NCBI GenBank assembly: GCA_951406725.2
Contig: OX597816.1
Location: forward strand, 46,066,001 to 46,130,000
DNA: 64,000 bases
Source of the DNA: Octopus vulgaris
Taxonomy: Eukaryota
Reading direction: 5' to 3'
Of this stretch, positions 28,113-41,382 are shown in pieces. The position numbers were made by a program, and so were the translations under genes. Below the pieces are notes generated by a model. It was not told the DNA's origin. It saw only the letters and a list, made by a program, of their open reading frames with translations, and did not search any database. Each line of letters opens with the position of its first letter. Position 1 is the stretch's first letter.

Positions 28113-28352
28113 GGTTCATTGATGACTGTGTGGTGAAGTTTGCCTCCCAACCACATGGCTTTGCATTCAATCCCACTGTGTGATACATTGGGGCAAATGC
28201 CTTCTATAGCACTGACTATCCAAAAGCCTTGTGTATAGATTTGGGAGATGGAAAAATATGTGTATATATACACACACACACACACATGTGCACATATAGA
28301 CACATAGATTGATGTGTGTGTGTGTATATATATATATATGTATGTATGTATA

Positions 28353-28410
<58 letters not shown>

Positions 28411-28440
28411 TATATGTACATATATATATATATATATATA

Positions 28441-28572
28441 CTTTATTTAAAGCAGCAGAAATTCAACAAAACCTGTTACTCTGAGTTTCACGTTGCCGTT
28501 CATCGGACTGTTTTTGCAACGTGAAACTCAGAGTAACAGGTTTTGTTGAATTTTCTGCTGCTTTAAATAAAG
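28441..28572. repeat. Near-perfect 56-bp hairpin containing a minus-strand hammerhead motif (28473-28510)
   Basis: Arms 28441-28496 and 28516-28572 differ by one indel; minus strand gt CCGATGA acg-GCAA-cgt GAAAC TCAGA GTA ac. Confidence 0.85.
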
Positions 28573-28868
28573 CATATTACTCTACCACTGGTATTTGAGT
28601 ACTCTTTTTTCCACCTTGTTTCACATTTATGTGTTCACTCCGGTTAGGGCAGCGGACTTGCGGTCGGAGGATCGCGGTTTCGATTCCCAGACCGGGCGTT
28701 GTGTGTGTTATATTGAGCGAAAACACCTAAAAGCTCCACGAGGCTCCGGCAGGGGATGGTGGTGATCCCTGCTGTACTCTTTCACCACTCTAAAGGCGGT
28801 GCTCCAGCATGGCCACAGTCAAATGACTGAAACAAGTACAAAAAAAAAAAAAAAAATATATATATATA

Positions 28869-28914
<46 letters not shown>

Positions 28915-29542
28915 CATATATATATACATATATACATACATATATATATATACATATATATATACATATATACATACATATATATATACATATATATATA
29001 TATATACATATATACACACACACAAACACACACATACACACACAGAATAAAAACAAAATGATCAAAGGTGAACAGTTGCTATCTTGAAACATGGACGTTT
29101 AAAATTGGATACAAAAAAATAACCAAGGCATTTAAAAGAAGATAATTAAAATGTAAATGTTTTTTCAGGCTTAAGTCTGTCTTCTAGAACATTCCTGCTT
29201 AAAGGAAATAAGAATAATGCAGAAAACAGTAAAAAGCAATTGTAATTTTCTCTGGTTGAGACATAGCAATACAATTTCTTTCACAGATGTTTAACATCTC
29301 CTGCTTGCAATGTTATCTTGTCATTCTATGGAATAGAGCATAAGCAAAAATCAAAGACTCAGTTTTCACCACAGCTTTTCAACCAAAGTCTGTGAACAAG
29401 TCTAGAATTAGTTCAGTCGTCTACCATAGGAACCAGCAATTTCTTTTGATTTTTGTGAAATTAGATCCAAGGTCCATATGTATGATACATCATATCTCAC
29501 ATACAGAAATATCCTTGAAATGCGCTCTCTCTCTCTTTTCTC

Positions 29543-29947
29543 TCTTTTACTCTTTTACTTGTTTCAGTAATTTGACTGTGGCCATGCTGGAGCACCGCCT
29601 TTAATCAAGCAACTCGACCTCAGGACTTATTCTTTGTAAGCCTAATATTTATTCTATCAGGCTCTTTTGCCAAACTGTTAAGTTACAGTGGCATAAACAC
29701 ACCAGCATTGGTTGTCAAGCAATGCTAGGGGGACAAACACAGACACACAAACATACATGCACATATATATATAAACATATATACAACGGGCTTCTTTCAG
29801 TTTCCGTCTACCAAATCCACTCACAAGGCTTTGGTCGGCCCGAGGCTATAGTAGAAGTCACTTGCCCAAGGTGCCACACAGTGGGACTGAACCCGGAACC
29901 ATGTGGTTGGTAAGAAAAACTACTTACCACACAGCCACTCCTGCGCA
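29543..29947 (-). mobile_element. SINE family 1
   Basis: Full-length copy; partial copies nearby at ~30030-30215 (-), 30250-30410 (+), 31260-31450 (+) and 31465-31590 (-). Confidence 0.9.
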
Positions 29948-30577
29948 CTGTATACAATAATTTCATTATTATTATTTTTTCATATATCCCACAACCCCAA
30001 AGACAATGTTTATGTCTTCTATCTTTTATCTTTCACTTGTTTCAGCCATTGCACCATGGCCATACTGGGGCACAACCTTAACGGGTTTAATTGAACAAAT
30101 CAAGCACACTACTTTTTTTTTTTAAATCAGCTTTCTTTTGCCAATCCACTCACATCCAGGGATTTAAACAAACCAATACTGGTTGTCAAGTGGTGGGAGG
30201 GGGACAAACACAACAACACACAAATATATATATAGATATATAAATACAGACAGGTGTGGCTGTGTGGTAAGAAGCTAGCTTCCCAACCACATAATTCTGG
30301 GTTCAATTCCACTGTGTGATACCTCGGGCAAGTGTCTTCTACTATAGTCTTGGGCCAACCAAAACCTTGTGAGTGGATTTGGTAGATGGAAAGTGAGAAA
30401 AGCCTGTCGTGTATGTATATATATATATATATATATATAAATGAAAGAATGGAGTTGAACGACAATTTAACAAAATTCCTTTATTCTCAACATATTCCTT
30501 TATTCTCGCTATGGACTCCGTGTGGGCAGTTATCTAAAAGTTTTTGTTCATCATGATGCTGACATAAGTTCCTTGTC

Positions 30578-30659
30578 TTTCCTGATGAGAAGGCGGCATA
30601 ATGCACCCCTTATTCCTTCGAAAATTAGGAATATGCAGTCTTCGAAACATATGTCGAGA
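30578..30659 (+). ncRNA. Type-I hammerhead ribozyme motif, intact core, long helix II
   Basis: tttc CTGATGA gaaggc-g-gcata...tatgc-a-gtcttc GAAAC ATAT GTC gaga; palindromic helix III (ACATATGT), GUC triplet at 30653-30655. Confidence 0.8.
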
Positions 30660-30855
30660 ATAAAGGAATTTTGTTAAATCGTCGTTCAATTCCATTCTTT
30701 CATTTATTTGTATTAAAAAGAACACACAAATTTCCACACGAAGGCACGTGATCTCTGCCCTTGGCATGTAGCTTCAACCGTGTTTTTCTGACGTGAATTT
30801 GCTACCCGGGTATCGGTTAACCAAATTATCCATACTAGGATAATTCATTCAACTA

Positions 30856-30913
<58 letters not shown>

Positions 30914-30914
<1 letters not shown>

Positions 30915-31260
30915 AAGGGAAAGCTTACGAAAATAAACAAAAGACGAAGGCAGGTGGTGTACAAACAAACAGATGTATTAGTATAGCGCTCAAGAATAGA
31001 AAAAGTCTTTTACGTTTCAAGCCTATGCTCTTCTACAGAAAGATACACAGAAAAAGACAAGGAGAGAAAATAAATGTGTGTAGTAGCTAACGATCTATCA
31101 TGGCATCTGACTTTGGACAGAATGGTCAGACGGGAGAAGGGAAGTAAGGGAGATAGCAAGGTCAAGATGATCTCCAATACGAAGGAGCCCCCAACACAAA
31201 GGTGCGTGTGTGTATAAGAGAGTATGTATGTGCGTGTGAAAGAGGGCTGATGTATGTATG
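30914..31260 (-). mobile_element. Family P1 repeat with hammerhead-like motif at 31007-31042
   Basis: Minus strand cttt CTGTAGA a gagc-atag-gctt GAAAC GTA aaag; abuts (TA)n. Confidence 0.65.
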
Positions 31261-31705
31261 TGTATGTCTGTGTTTGTCTCCCTGCCTGCCATCATCTGGC
31301 AACTGATGCTGGTGTGTTTATATGTCCCAGTAACTTAGGATAAGTAACAGGTAACTAAGAATGAGTCCTGATGTTGATTTCTTCAACTAAAATCCTTTAA
31401 GGCTGTGCTCCAGCATGGCTGTAGTCAAATGACTGAAACAAGTAAAAGAATATATGTGTGACAGATCCACTCACAAGACTTTGGTCAGCTCAAGGCTGTA
31501 GAAGAAAATACTTGCCTAAAGTGTTATACAGTGGGACTGAACCTGAAACTGCATGGTTGAGAAACAAATTTCTTACTACTCAACCATGTCTAGGCCTAGC
31601 CAAAAATTTAACAAATCATGAAACAGAAGACTCCAAAAACCATGAACTATTAAATAACTCACAAACAGATTAAATTTGTTTTAAAAATTTTTTCAAAGTT
31701 CCAAC

Positions 31706-32135
31706 GGCATAGGAGTGGCTGTGTGGTAAGTAGCTTGCTTACCAGCCACATGGTTCTGAGTTCAGTCCCGCTGCATGGCACCTTGGGCAAGTGTCTTCTA
31801 CTTTAGCCTCAGGCCGACCAATGCCTTGTGAGTGGATTTGGTAGACAAAAACTGAAAGAAGCCTGTCGTATATATGTATATATATATATGTGTGTGTGTG
31901 TGTACATGTGTGTATATGTTTGTGTGTCTGTGTTTGTCCTCACAACATCGCTTGACAACCGATGGTGGTGTGTTTACGTCCCTGTAACTTAGTGGTTCGG
32001 CAAAAGAGACCGATGAAATAAGTTCTAGGCTTACGAAGAATAAGTCCTGGGGTCGATTTGCTCGACTAAAAGGCGGTGCTCCAGCACGGCTGCAGTCAAA
32101 TGACTGAAACAAGTAGAAGAGTAAAAGAGTAAGAG
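31706..32135 (+). mobile_element. SINE family 1
   Basis: Full-length copy with (GTAAAAGA) tail. Confidence 0.9.
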
Positions 32136-32280
32136 TCCTCCACAGGGACCACATCAGTGATCCACTTGTGATCTGCAGCAAACCTGTAACTGACTCTTGG
32201 TCAACACACTTCTCATTAGCCACATAATTCATCAGTCAAAAGACATTTTCATTAACAATTTGACTAAACTTAAATATATA

Positions 32281-32725
32281 TGAGGTGGTATCAAAAGGTT
32301 CCCAGACTAGTTATGTTTGATAAAAAAATAACTTATTTACCTAAGTTTTAACATCATCTTCTTTGAAATGGTCATCCTGTGCAACAATGCACTGGTCTAA
32401 GCATTCTTTTGGAATCTGACCAGGAAGTTGAGGACCTTCTGTGATTTGCACTGGATCTCGACAATGTTGTTAAAATAGTGACCTTTAAGCTGTATTTTCA
32501 TCTTGAGGAAGAGAGGGAAGTCTGTAGGCACTAAATCTGGTGAATAGGGTGGATGTGAAAGCGATGCCAGGTTGTTTTTTGGTCAGAAGCTCACAAGTGA
32601 GGAGAGCTCAGTGACAGGGTGTATTGTTGTTGTGAAGAATCCAGTTCTTCGTGCTCCACAGATCTGGTCACTTTCGCCAAATGTCCTCCCTCAAACATTG
32701 CGAAACATCACAGAAGAACTCGCAA
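32281..32725 (-). mobile_element. Decayed mariner 3' fragment
   Basis: Terminus TA-TGAGGTGGTATCAAAAGGTTCC; minus-strand remnant KIQLKGHYFNNIVEIQ resembles a mariner transposase C-terminus. Confidence 0.55.
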
Positions 32726-32820
32726 TGCACAATACATACATACATACATACATACATACACATGTATTTGTGTGTATGTAAATAAAGCAATATATGTATT
32801 GCTTTATTCTATATATATAT

Positions 32821-35712
32821 ATCATCATCATCATCATCATCGTTTAGCGTCCATTTTCCATGCTAGCATGGGTTGGACGGTTCTACTGGGGTCTGTGAAG
32901 CCAGAAGGCTTCATCAGGCCCAGTCAAATCTGGCAGTGTTTCTACGGCTGGATGCCCTTCCTAACGCCAACCACTCCGTGAGTGTAGTGGGTGCTTTTTA
33001 CGTGCCACCCGCACTGGTGCCAGACAGAGCTGGCAAACGGCCACGAACGGATGGTGCTTTTTATGTGCCACCGGCACGAGGGCCAGGCGAGGCTGGCAAC
33101 GGACACGAAACGGGGCGGTGCTGGCAACGGTCGCGAAACGGAAAGTTCTCTTACATGCCACCGGCACTGGTAACACATCTGCAATTTCCATTGATCGATT
33201 TCCATTGATCGATTTCGATTCTGATCGTCACTTGCCTCAACGGGTCTTCACAAGCAGAGTTTTGACATGCCACCGGCACTGGTAGCACATCCGCAATTTC
33301 CATTGATCGATTTCGATTCTGATCCTCACTTGCCTCATCACGTCTTCACAAGTAGAGTTTTGTGTCCCAAGAAGGGAAGGTATGCATACGTAGGCTGGCT
33401 CCATCCCATGTAGAAGGCCACGGGTTATGGACTCACTTGTCCTGCCGGGTCTTCTCGCGCACAGCACACTTCCAGAGGTCTCGGTCTCTAGTCATTTCCT
33501 CAGTGAGACCTAAAGTTCGAAGGTCGTGCTTCACCACCTCGTCCCAGGTTTTCCTGGGTCTGCCTCTTCCACAGGTTCCCTCAACCGCTAGGGTGTGGCA
33601 CTTTTTCACACAACTATCTTTATCCATTCTCGCCACATGACCATACCAGCGCAAACGTCTCTCTTGCACACCACAACTGATGCTTCTTAGGTCCAGCTTT
33701 TCTCTCAAGGTACTTACACTCTGCCGAGTGTGAGTACCGGCATTACACATCCATCGGAGCATACTGGCTTCATTTCTAGCGAGCTTACGCATATCCTCAG
33801 CAGTCACGGCCCATGTTTCACTGCCATGTAGCATGGCTGTTCGTACACACGCATCATACAGTCTGCCTTTCACTCTGTGCGAGAGGCCTTTTGTCACCAG
33901 CAGAGGTAAGAGCTCTCTGAACTTTGCCCAAGCTATTCTTACTCTAGCAGTTACACTTTCAGCACACCCGCCCCCGCTGCTGACTTGGTCACCTAGGTAA
34001 CGGAAACTATCAACTATTTCTAGTTTTTCTCCCTGGAAAGTGACGGAAGTTGGTCTCAGAGCATTTTCAGTGTTTATTGTTCCTGAGCATCTGCCACATA
34101 CAAAAACCATCTTCCTAGTTAGCCTTCCTTTGACATTGCTGCATCTCTTATGTGTCCATAGCTTACACTTGGTGCATCTTATAGAGTTTCTACCTACACC
34201 TTTTCTACAGATCGAGCAGGGCCATCTACCTGAAGGTGTTTGTGATTTGTCTACCTTCCTACTGATTACGACTTTGGTTTTAGCTAGATTGACTCTGAGG
34301 CCCTTCGATTCTAATCCTTGTTTCCACACCTGAAACTTCTCCTCCAGTTCTGATAGCGACTCAGTAATTAGAGCAAGGTCATCAGCATAGAGGAGCTCCC
34401 AAGGGCATCCTGTCTTGAATTCCTCCGTTATTGCCTGGAGGACTATGATAAATAGGAGGGGGCTGAGTACTGAGCCTTGGTGGACTCCTACCTCTACCCG
34501 GAATTCTTCACTGTACACATTTCCAACCCTCACCCTACTAGCGGCGTCCCTGTACATGGCCCGCACAGCTCTCACTAACCATTCATCTATCCCTAGTTTC
34601 CTCATTGCCCACCAGATAAGGGATCAGGGGACCCTGTCGAAGGCTTTCTCCATGTCAACAAAAGCCAGGTACAGGGGCTTATCTTTGGCTAGGTATTTCT
34701 CCTGCAGCTGCCTTACCAGGAATATAGCATCAGTAGTACTTTTCCCTGGCACAAACCCAAACTGCATCTCATCTAAACTAACTCTCTCTCTAATTAGTTG
34801 GGCTATGACCCTCTCCGTAACCTTCATCACCTGGTCCAACAGCTTGATACCTCTGTAGTTATTTGTATCTAGGGCATCACCTTTACCTTTGTAGCAGTTG
34901 ACTATTATACTGCTACACCAGTCATTGGGTATGACCCCTTTGTGTATCACCTGATTAACTATACGGGTGACTAGGCTATAGCCGACACTACCAGACATTT
35001 TGAGCATCTCTGCAGTGATTCCTGATGGGCCTGGGGCTTTCCCTGTCTTCATGCTTCTAATTGCCTTAGCTACCACGGAACTATCAACTCGGATAGCTGG
35101 TCCCTCTGTTGGGTCAACATTCGGCAGACTCTCTTTATCCCATTCATTTTCTTCATTCAGCAACCTTTCATAGTGGCATCTCCAAACCTCTCTCTTTGCA
35201 TCCTCATTTAGCGCAAGTGAACCATCTTCCATGCGAACACACTTCTCTCCTACCACATCACGATTCTCTCTCACACACTGTCTTGCAACACGAAACACCT
35301 CCAGTCTTTGGTCCTCACGGCGCAGAACATTGGCAAATTTTTTCTTATCTGCTTCCCCTCTGGCTAAATAAACCTGTCTCCTAGCTTCTCTTTTGGCAGT
35401 CTGATACAATCCCCTGCTACCCCCATTTTTCCAGACCTTCCAAGCCTGTCTCTTTTCTCTAATAGCCCTGTCTACAATATTGTTCCACCACCACGTTATT
35501 CTAGGTCGAGAGGGGACTTTGCACCAGCCACAGATCTGGTCAGTGGCTCTCAGCAGGTTGTCCCTTAGAAACGTCCAGCTGTCTTCTACCCCCTGTGATG
35601 CTCTATCCCCTTCTACTTCGTCAGAGGCTTCAAGTAATATGTCCCTAAATCTCTGTCCATTTGCAGGATCTTTAAGCTTCCAGATCCTTCTTCTCCATGT
35701 TTGTCGTCTTAT
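32821..35712 (-). mobile_element. RTE-clade LINE copy 1, 5'-truncated (RT plus PHD-like finger, no endonuclease)
   Basis: [70 protein letters not shown]; (GAT)n tail. Confidence 0.97.
33433..35710 (-). pseudogene. RTE reverse transcriptase ORF with one in-frame stop (34624-34626)
   Basis: ORFs 34624-35760 and 33433-34605 are in the same frame: FDRVP*SLIWWAMRKLG; TGA is probably from CGA. Confidence 0.9.
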
Positions 35713-35907
35713 GGGTGTGCGGGTGTGCATGTGTAGGTATAGACATGCGTGCTTACGCAAATACTATGAACATTTTTACCCCCTTACTTTTACTCCTCCC
35801 CTCACTTAGCGGTTATTCAAATAGCTCTTTTGTCTTAATAACGGTCAATCACACAGTAATTTCCCTTTGTATAATGGTCATTTTGATAGCATTTTTTCCA
35901 ATGGCCA

Positions 35908-35968
35908 GATAACTGAAGAGATGGCGGCATGGATTTCCACCTCGGCATCTGAAACTCGGAGTTTTATC
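35908..35968 (+). ncRNA. Type-I hammerhead ribozyme motif, intact core, in pLTR-like island ~35715-36073
   Basis: gataa CTGAAGA gatg...catc t GAAAC TCGGA GTT ttatc; perfect 5-bp helix I, extendable by gcca/tggc. Confidence 0.75.
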
Positions 35969-36131
35969 ATGGCTACCGAATAATTGTCACACAGCACTTT
36001 TACAGATAAATACCTCTATTTACATAATATCGAGATCTCTTTCATTCTTTTGTTGTCTTACCATTTTTATCAATATATATATAAGCAAGCACATACATAT
36101 ACATCTCTTGCATGTGTGTGTGTGTAACATA

Positions 36132-36170
<39 letters not shown>

Positions 36171-38149
36171 AGAGAGAGAGAGATGCACAAGCAAATAAGC
36201 AAGAAAATTCATAGATTGAGTATGTACGTATGTCGGTAGGTAGCCATACAGAAGGAAAAGTAGGGAAGTAAACCAAAGAAGACATTGAAAAAAAAAACAA
36301 GAAAAGGAAATATATAGTGTGTTCCGTTAAGATTTAGTAGAATGTGATTAGTGAGAGGGAAAACAACTCAAGGGTAAAGGGTAGTCGAGGATATTAAATT
36401 ACAGAAACCTGTAAATGTGGGGTAGTGGAGGCAATGCTAAAGAGAGTAAGTCTGGAGTGATAGTATATATTAGGTAGACACAATATAAATATATATGAAT
36501 ATTTGTTCTTATGTATGATTATGTTCATAAAACAGTCAAGTATTAGCTGAAGAATAATTTTATCAAATATATTATTAAAAGAAAAATTTTGACAGATTTT
36601 TCAATGTTTGCCATTTGTTGTCTTTACCAAGTTATTAAAATGTTAAGATGCTTTGATTTGCCACTAAGACACAGTATTAAACCACATCTAGACTACACCC
36701 ACAAGATGAACCATACCATGTAAAACAGCAAGACAGAACTTTATATTCTGACAAAGCCAAGGAACAGTGAAACATTGAAGTCATGGTCAATATTTGTGTG
36801 TTTATTTATATGTATACATGCATGCATGCACGTATGTATATTTATAAGGGCACCAGCCCTAGAAAATCTACCTGACCAAGTTCTAGCTGATCTACCTAAG
36901 CATAGAAAAATTGATGTTAAAATGATGATGATGGTGATGATAATGATGATGATGATATATGTAAATAAAATCATGTTCAAGTTTAATCTTTTTAATAAGG
37001 ATTTTCCATATTCCCTTATTAGTTCTTTATATTTAGTACGAGCAAAACGCCCCCCACCGTCCAATGGACAGTGCTAAGTTGTCAAACATTTAAACCAAAT
37101 TTTCTCAAAACAACTTGTCCGACTGTCCCATAGGCCTCCCCTTTGAGAAACACTGATTTAACCTAAATTTGAGACACCAGCAAAAGAAGAAATAAAGATA
37201 GACTCTTTTTCTATTCCAAAGAATGCTTTATCAATCGCATTCTTACCTGGAATCGATTTTTGTAATTTTTTCAAGACTTATACATGCTCTGATACCATCG
37301 GTATCTACATATCAAATTTGAGCACAATTGGATGGAGGATGCCCGAGATCCTAGAAGACACACACAGAGTCAGACAGAACGGATTTTATATAATAGATGG
37401 AATAATATTTTTAAATCCAATAATCTATTGAAGTTTTGAAACTTGAAAATCACAATTTTTAAAATAAAGTGCTTTTAAAGGCATGTTGGTCACTTGTTCT
37501 ACAGTTAGCCACAAAGAGTCTTGGGAATAACTTCATATCTGATAAAATATTCAACTAAAATTTGGGCATTCCTTCGATATAACTCAACAAAATCAAAACA
37601 TTTCACTTCGGCTATTTCCTTGGGTTGTGGAGTATAGATATAACGAAATTATGCCAGCAATGTCTAATTTTAAACTTGAAGAAAAAAGCCTTGCATATTT
37701 GTTCTTACCTGTTTTATGTGTGTATGTAAAATCTGCAAATTTCCAAGCAGAAAAACAGAATCGAACTGTCATTTTGCTTCCACGGAAATACTCAAAGTGA
37801 AATGTTTTGATTTTGTTAAGTTATATCGAAAAAATGCCAAAATTTGTTTTGTACCTTGCAAATACCTATGCTCCTATTTTGTTGTATGTGTGCCAATTCA
37901 ACTGACTTTTGGTTTTGCTACTTTAATCCAATAGTCCTTTCTCCAACCCTTTAGTTAACTTGTATGCTTACATCTGAAGTAATAAGGTAACTATTTTTTA
38001 CTAATTAGTGTGGTTTTCTTCTATATTACCACATCCATTGGATTTTCTACTAATATGTGCATAATCCTCATTCAAGATAACTGAAAACAGACCACATTGA
38101 AGTGAAGACAGTAGCATCAAAAAGTGTTGTAAAGAGATTACATTGGTCA

Positions 38150-38379
38150 TTAACCCTTTTGATACTAACCCGGCCAAAACCGCCTCTGGCTCTGTAGTAC
38201 AAATGGCTTGTTTTCATAAGTTTTGAATTAAAATCTTCCACCAAACCTTAGTCACAATTTATGTTCCTAAAACCAGCTTAATGATAACTAAGTTATTTTA
38301 CTAAATTCTTTATTATATTTAAAATTAATTGAAAGAAACACAGAACATTTCAAAATAAATACAGTAACAAAAGGGTTAA
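38150..38379. mobile_element. piggyBac-like MITE
   Basis: TTAA-CCCTTTTGATAC ... GTAACAAAAGGG-TTAA. Confidence 0.8.
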
Positions 38380-38559
38380 ACTTGATGTTTTACAAGGGTT
38401 TGATATGGTAGAAAAATCAACTATATTGCAAAAACATCGAATATTTGCTACAACCACCAAGATCTGCCCTCGTGGGAACAATATATCAAAATGGGAACAA
38501 TATATCAAAAAACGATAAAATATGCCAAGTGCTTGAACAGCTATTTTGTCAAATGCTTG

Positions 38560-38945
38560 TATATTGTTTTTTCATGGATTTGAAGTGATGCTTAAAGTGG
38601 ACTGACTCTTGAGTAATTGAATTGATGATCAGAGTGGATGTATAGCACTGATAAACACACTGATTGTTCAAAAGAAAGCTTAAAAGTTTGATGATGATTT
38701 AGAAAATGTGGAAGGTGCAACTTCTGGTGTGGAATCTTCTTTCGCTAGTAAAGATTGGTTCACAAGTTTAAGAATAACCTTAATTTGTGCATCATGAGAA
38801 ATATTGGTGGAACTGCGAGTGATGATATAAAGTTTTGTGGATACTTATCATGAGGAACTGAAGAAAATTATTGCTGAAGGGGGCTATACACCAGAACAAA
38901 TATACAATGTTGATGAAACTGGGCTTTTCTGAAAGTGCATGTTTA
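38560..38945 (+). pseudogene. Decayed Tigger-type transposase fragment
   Basis: Hand translation gives FASKDWF...EELKKIIAEGGYTPEQIYNVDETGLF*KCM. Confidence 0.75.
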
Positions 38946-38959
38946 CAAGGCACAAAAGT

Positions 38960-39720
38960 AGTATTCAGCTATCCATCCATCCATTCTTTTCCATATATGT
39001 GAACAGACACTGCTGGGTAAGTTTTCTTTGGGCATTGTTTTCCTTTAAAAAATAACATCAACAGTACCTTTGTCCTATCAGCTGAACAGGCATGCATCAC
39101 TGCATAATGTGATTTTTGGTGCCCAGTAGTCTTCACAGTAATGGTTTTGGTACTTTTTGTATCAGTTGTTTTACTGCTTGCAGAATCAAATATTAATGAA
39201 GTTTCATCTATACTTGCTCTTTTAGACAATTCAAATGAAACTTCTTTTCATAACTGCAAAGTTTGCTTCTGAAAAGCACAAATTTTAACTGCAAACTCAT
39301 TGGACATTCTTTGAGCAGTTTTGTTTCTTATAACTAGGCTTTTGTGTTTCATGAACTGATAACACCATGATGTATGGTTAGTAAAATCTTTCTAAATTAT
39401 TATCGCATGCAATCCTCTTCGTTTCAAAAATTATTATATAGTCCTTGCCTTCTTTGATCCAAAACACATTCATAGTTTATTTTCAAGACCTTGCCATTTT
39501 GCTTTTTACTCCCAGAAACTGCATTTGTCACTTTTAATTATTATCAGTTTTTCTTCACAATCAAGCTAACAATAAGTGATATTTTCCTAATGATGGTGGA
39601 GTAAGATGTCCTTCAGCAGCTCTATTTCCATGTGTCTTTTTATTTTTGTTTTTTGGCATAATTAGTTACATTAAATTTGAATTTAGGTGTGTATGACAGT
39701 TTCCTTTCTTAAAACATTGT
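38960..39720 (-). pseudogene. Decayed pogo (POGK-like) transposase fragment
   Basis: DETSLIFD...VKTTGHQKSHYAVMHACSADRTK; N-terminal RKLSYTPKFK resembles a Brinker-type DNA-binding domain; possible TIR near 40560-40586. Confidence 0.7.
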
Positions 39721-40239
39721 GAGGGAACGAGAAAAAAATAGAATGAAAAAGGAAGGTAAAAAAGCTATTTTGGTCCCTATGCCTATGAAACAGTTCTTAG
39801 CTATGCACCCAACTTGATGGTGAGCATGTGCCCAACTATCAAATAGCCAATAAAAATTGTAAACTGACGAGGTAATTGCCAAAGCTAATTGCATTAAGCA
39901 CTTTGATTGGTTAACCGCATTGCACATTTGAAATCTGAGGCAAGCACTCAAAGATGATATTTCATTTGTTAAAATGTTAGGCCTGAAATTCTTCAAAGAT
40001 AAAAGCAGTCTTATTCTACACTGCATTAAACAGTAGCTGCTATGTATTTACTAGCTCTATCACTCTCAAGCATTACTATAATTTACTTATTTTTATATTG
40101 TTTAGGCTGTATTATAAAGAGCCATGTTTTTAAAAGAGAAACACTACTACTGTTATAAATAACACCTTCAAACAAACTATAGTACGCACTTTTATTTGAA
40201 TATATTTACACATGGCTTTTGCATATCATACATAATAAA

Positions 40240-40487
40240 TGCGCCCTTTTAAAGTCTAGCCAGGCTCATGGGCCCGGTTTCCCGGTTTCAATGGTGTATG
40301 CGTTCCCCAGCTGGACAGGACACCAGTCCATCGCAGCGTTACTCACTTTTGCCAGCTGAGTGGACTGGAGCAACGTGAAATGAAGTGTTTTGCTCAAGAA
40401 CACAACACGTCGCCCAGTCCAGGAATCGAAACCACAATCTTACGATCATGATGCTGGCACCCTAACCACTAAGCCACATGCCTCCAT
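40240..40487 (-). mobile_element. SINE combining a family 4-like head/CORE segment with the family 3 tail
   Basis: 40340-40487 resembles 11885-12026; 40240-40340 resembles the reverse complement of 17865-17965. Confidence 0.75.
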
Positions 40488-40917
40488 GCATATACATACA
40501 TATATTTATATCTTCAGTGTATAGGACACAAGACAGGTTTTGACATAAGTTTTGGAGTATATCTTATACACTGAAGAATATGGTATATCAGCACTGTTAA
40601 ATGCTCCCATCAGGTGTTTTACAACAGCCTTAAGACCAGTAAATCAGATGTGATGCTGTTAGGCCTCCAGCGACAAAGCACTGAAGTCATAATGTTCCAT
40701 CCAACCATTTCAGATGATTACTCTATTTCATTCTCCATTTCTGGTATGAAACAATTTGGTAATTTGGCAATCTTGAGACTATAATACAATATGTAATTAG
40801 TAAAAATATACATCCTCTGTTACCTAATATATTAGTGCCTGTTTCTTCTGACTCATGGATTTTTAGGCTACTACATACATATGCAAATGCACGCACACAC
40901 ACACGTGCGCGCGTGCA

Positions 40918-40954
<37 letters not shown>

Positions 40955-41010
40955 CATATATGAAACTCTCAGCCCTTGAGTTACTTTTGTTACTTTTTGC
41001 TGATTCAAAA

Positions 41011-41382
41011 TCTCTAGATATATAAAGCTGAAGTTGTCTGTGTATGGTAGGTTTAGTAGCCTTCAACTAACACTATCTCCTCCAAGACCCTGCAGCACAA
41101 GTTGACCAAAACTGAGAGTATGATAGAAGAAGGCTTGCTCTTCCTTCCGTAGAAGAAAAAATTTAAATTGGACCATTTTAACACCAAAAATTATTTACAT
41201 CAAAAAGATGCTTTTTTTTCTATGAAAATCCCTATTTTTTACAATTTTTTGACTGCTGTGTCACCAGAAAAATGTTCACTTAAAGAGAATAACAAGCTAC
41301 ATAATGCAAAATTTTTACTTTTCAAAAATTCCAATTCTAAAGGGCCGAAACAAACCCGAGCAACGCCGGGCGATACTGCTAG
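41011..41382 (+). mobile_element. Non-autonomous Helitron
   Basis: A|TC 5' end, subterminal hairpin CCCGAGCAACGCCGGG (41355-41370), CTAG|T 3' end, no TSD. Confidence 0.8.
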
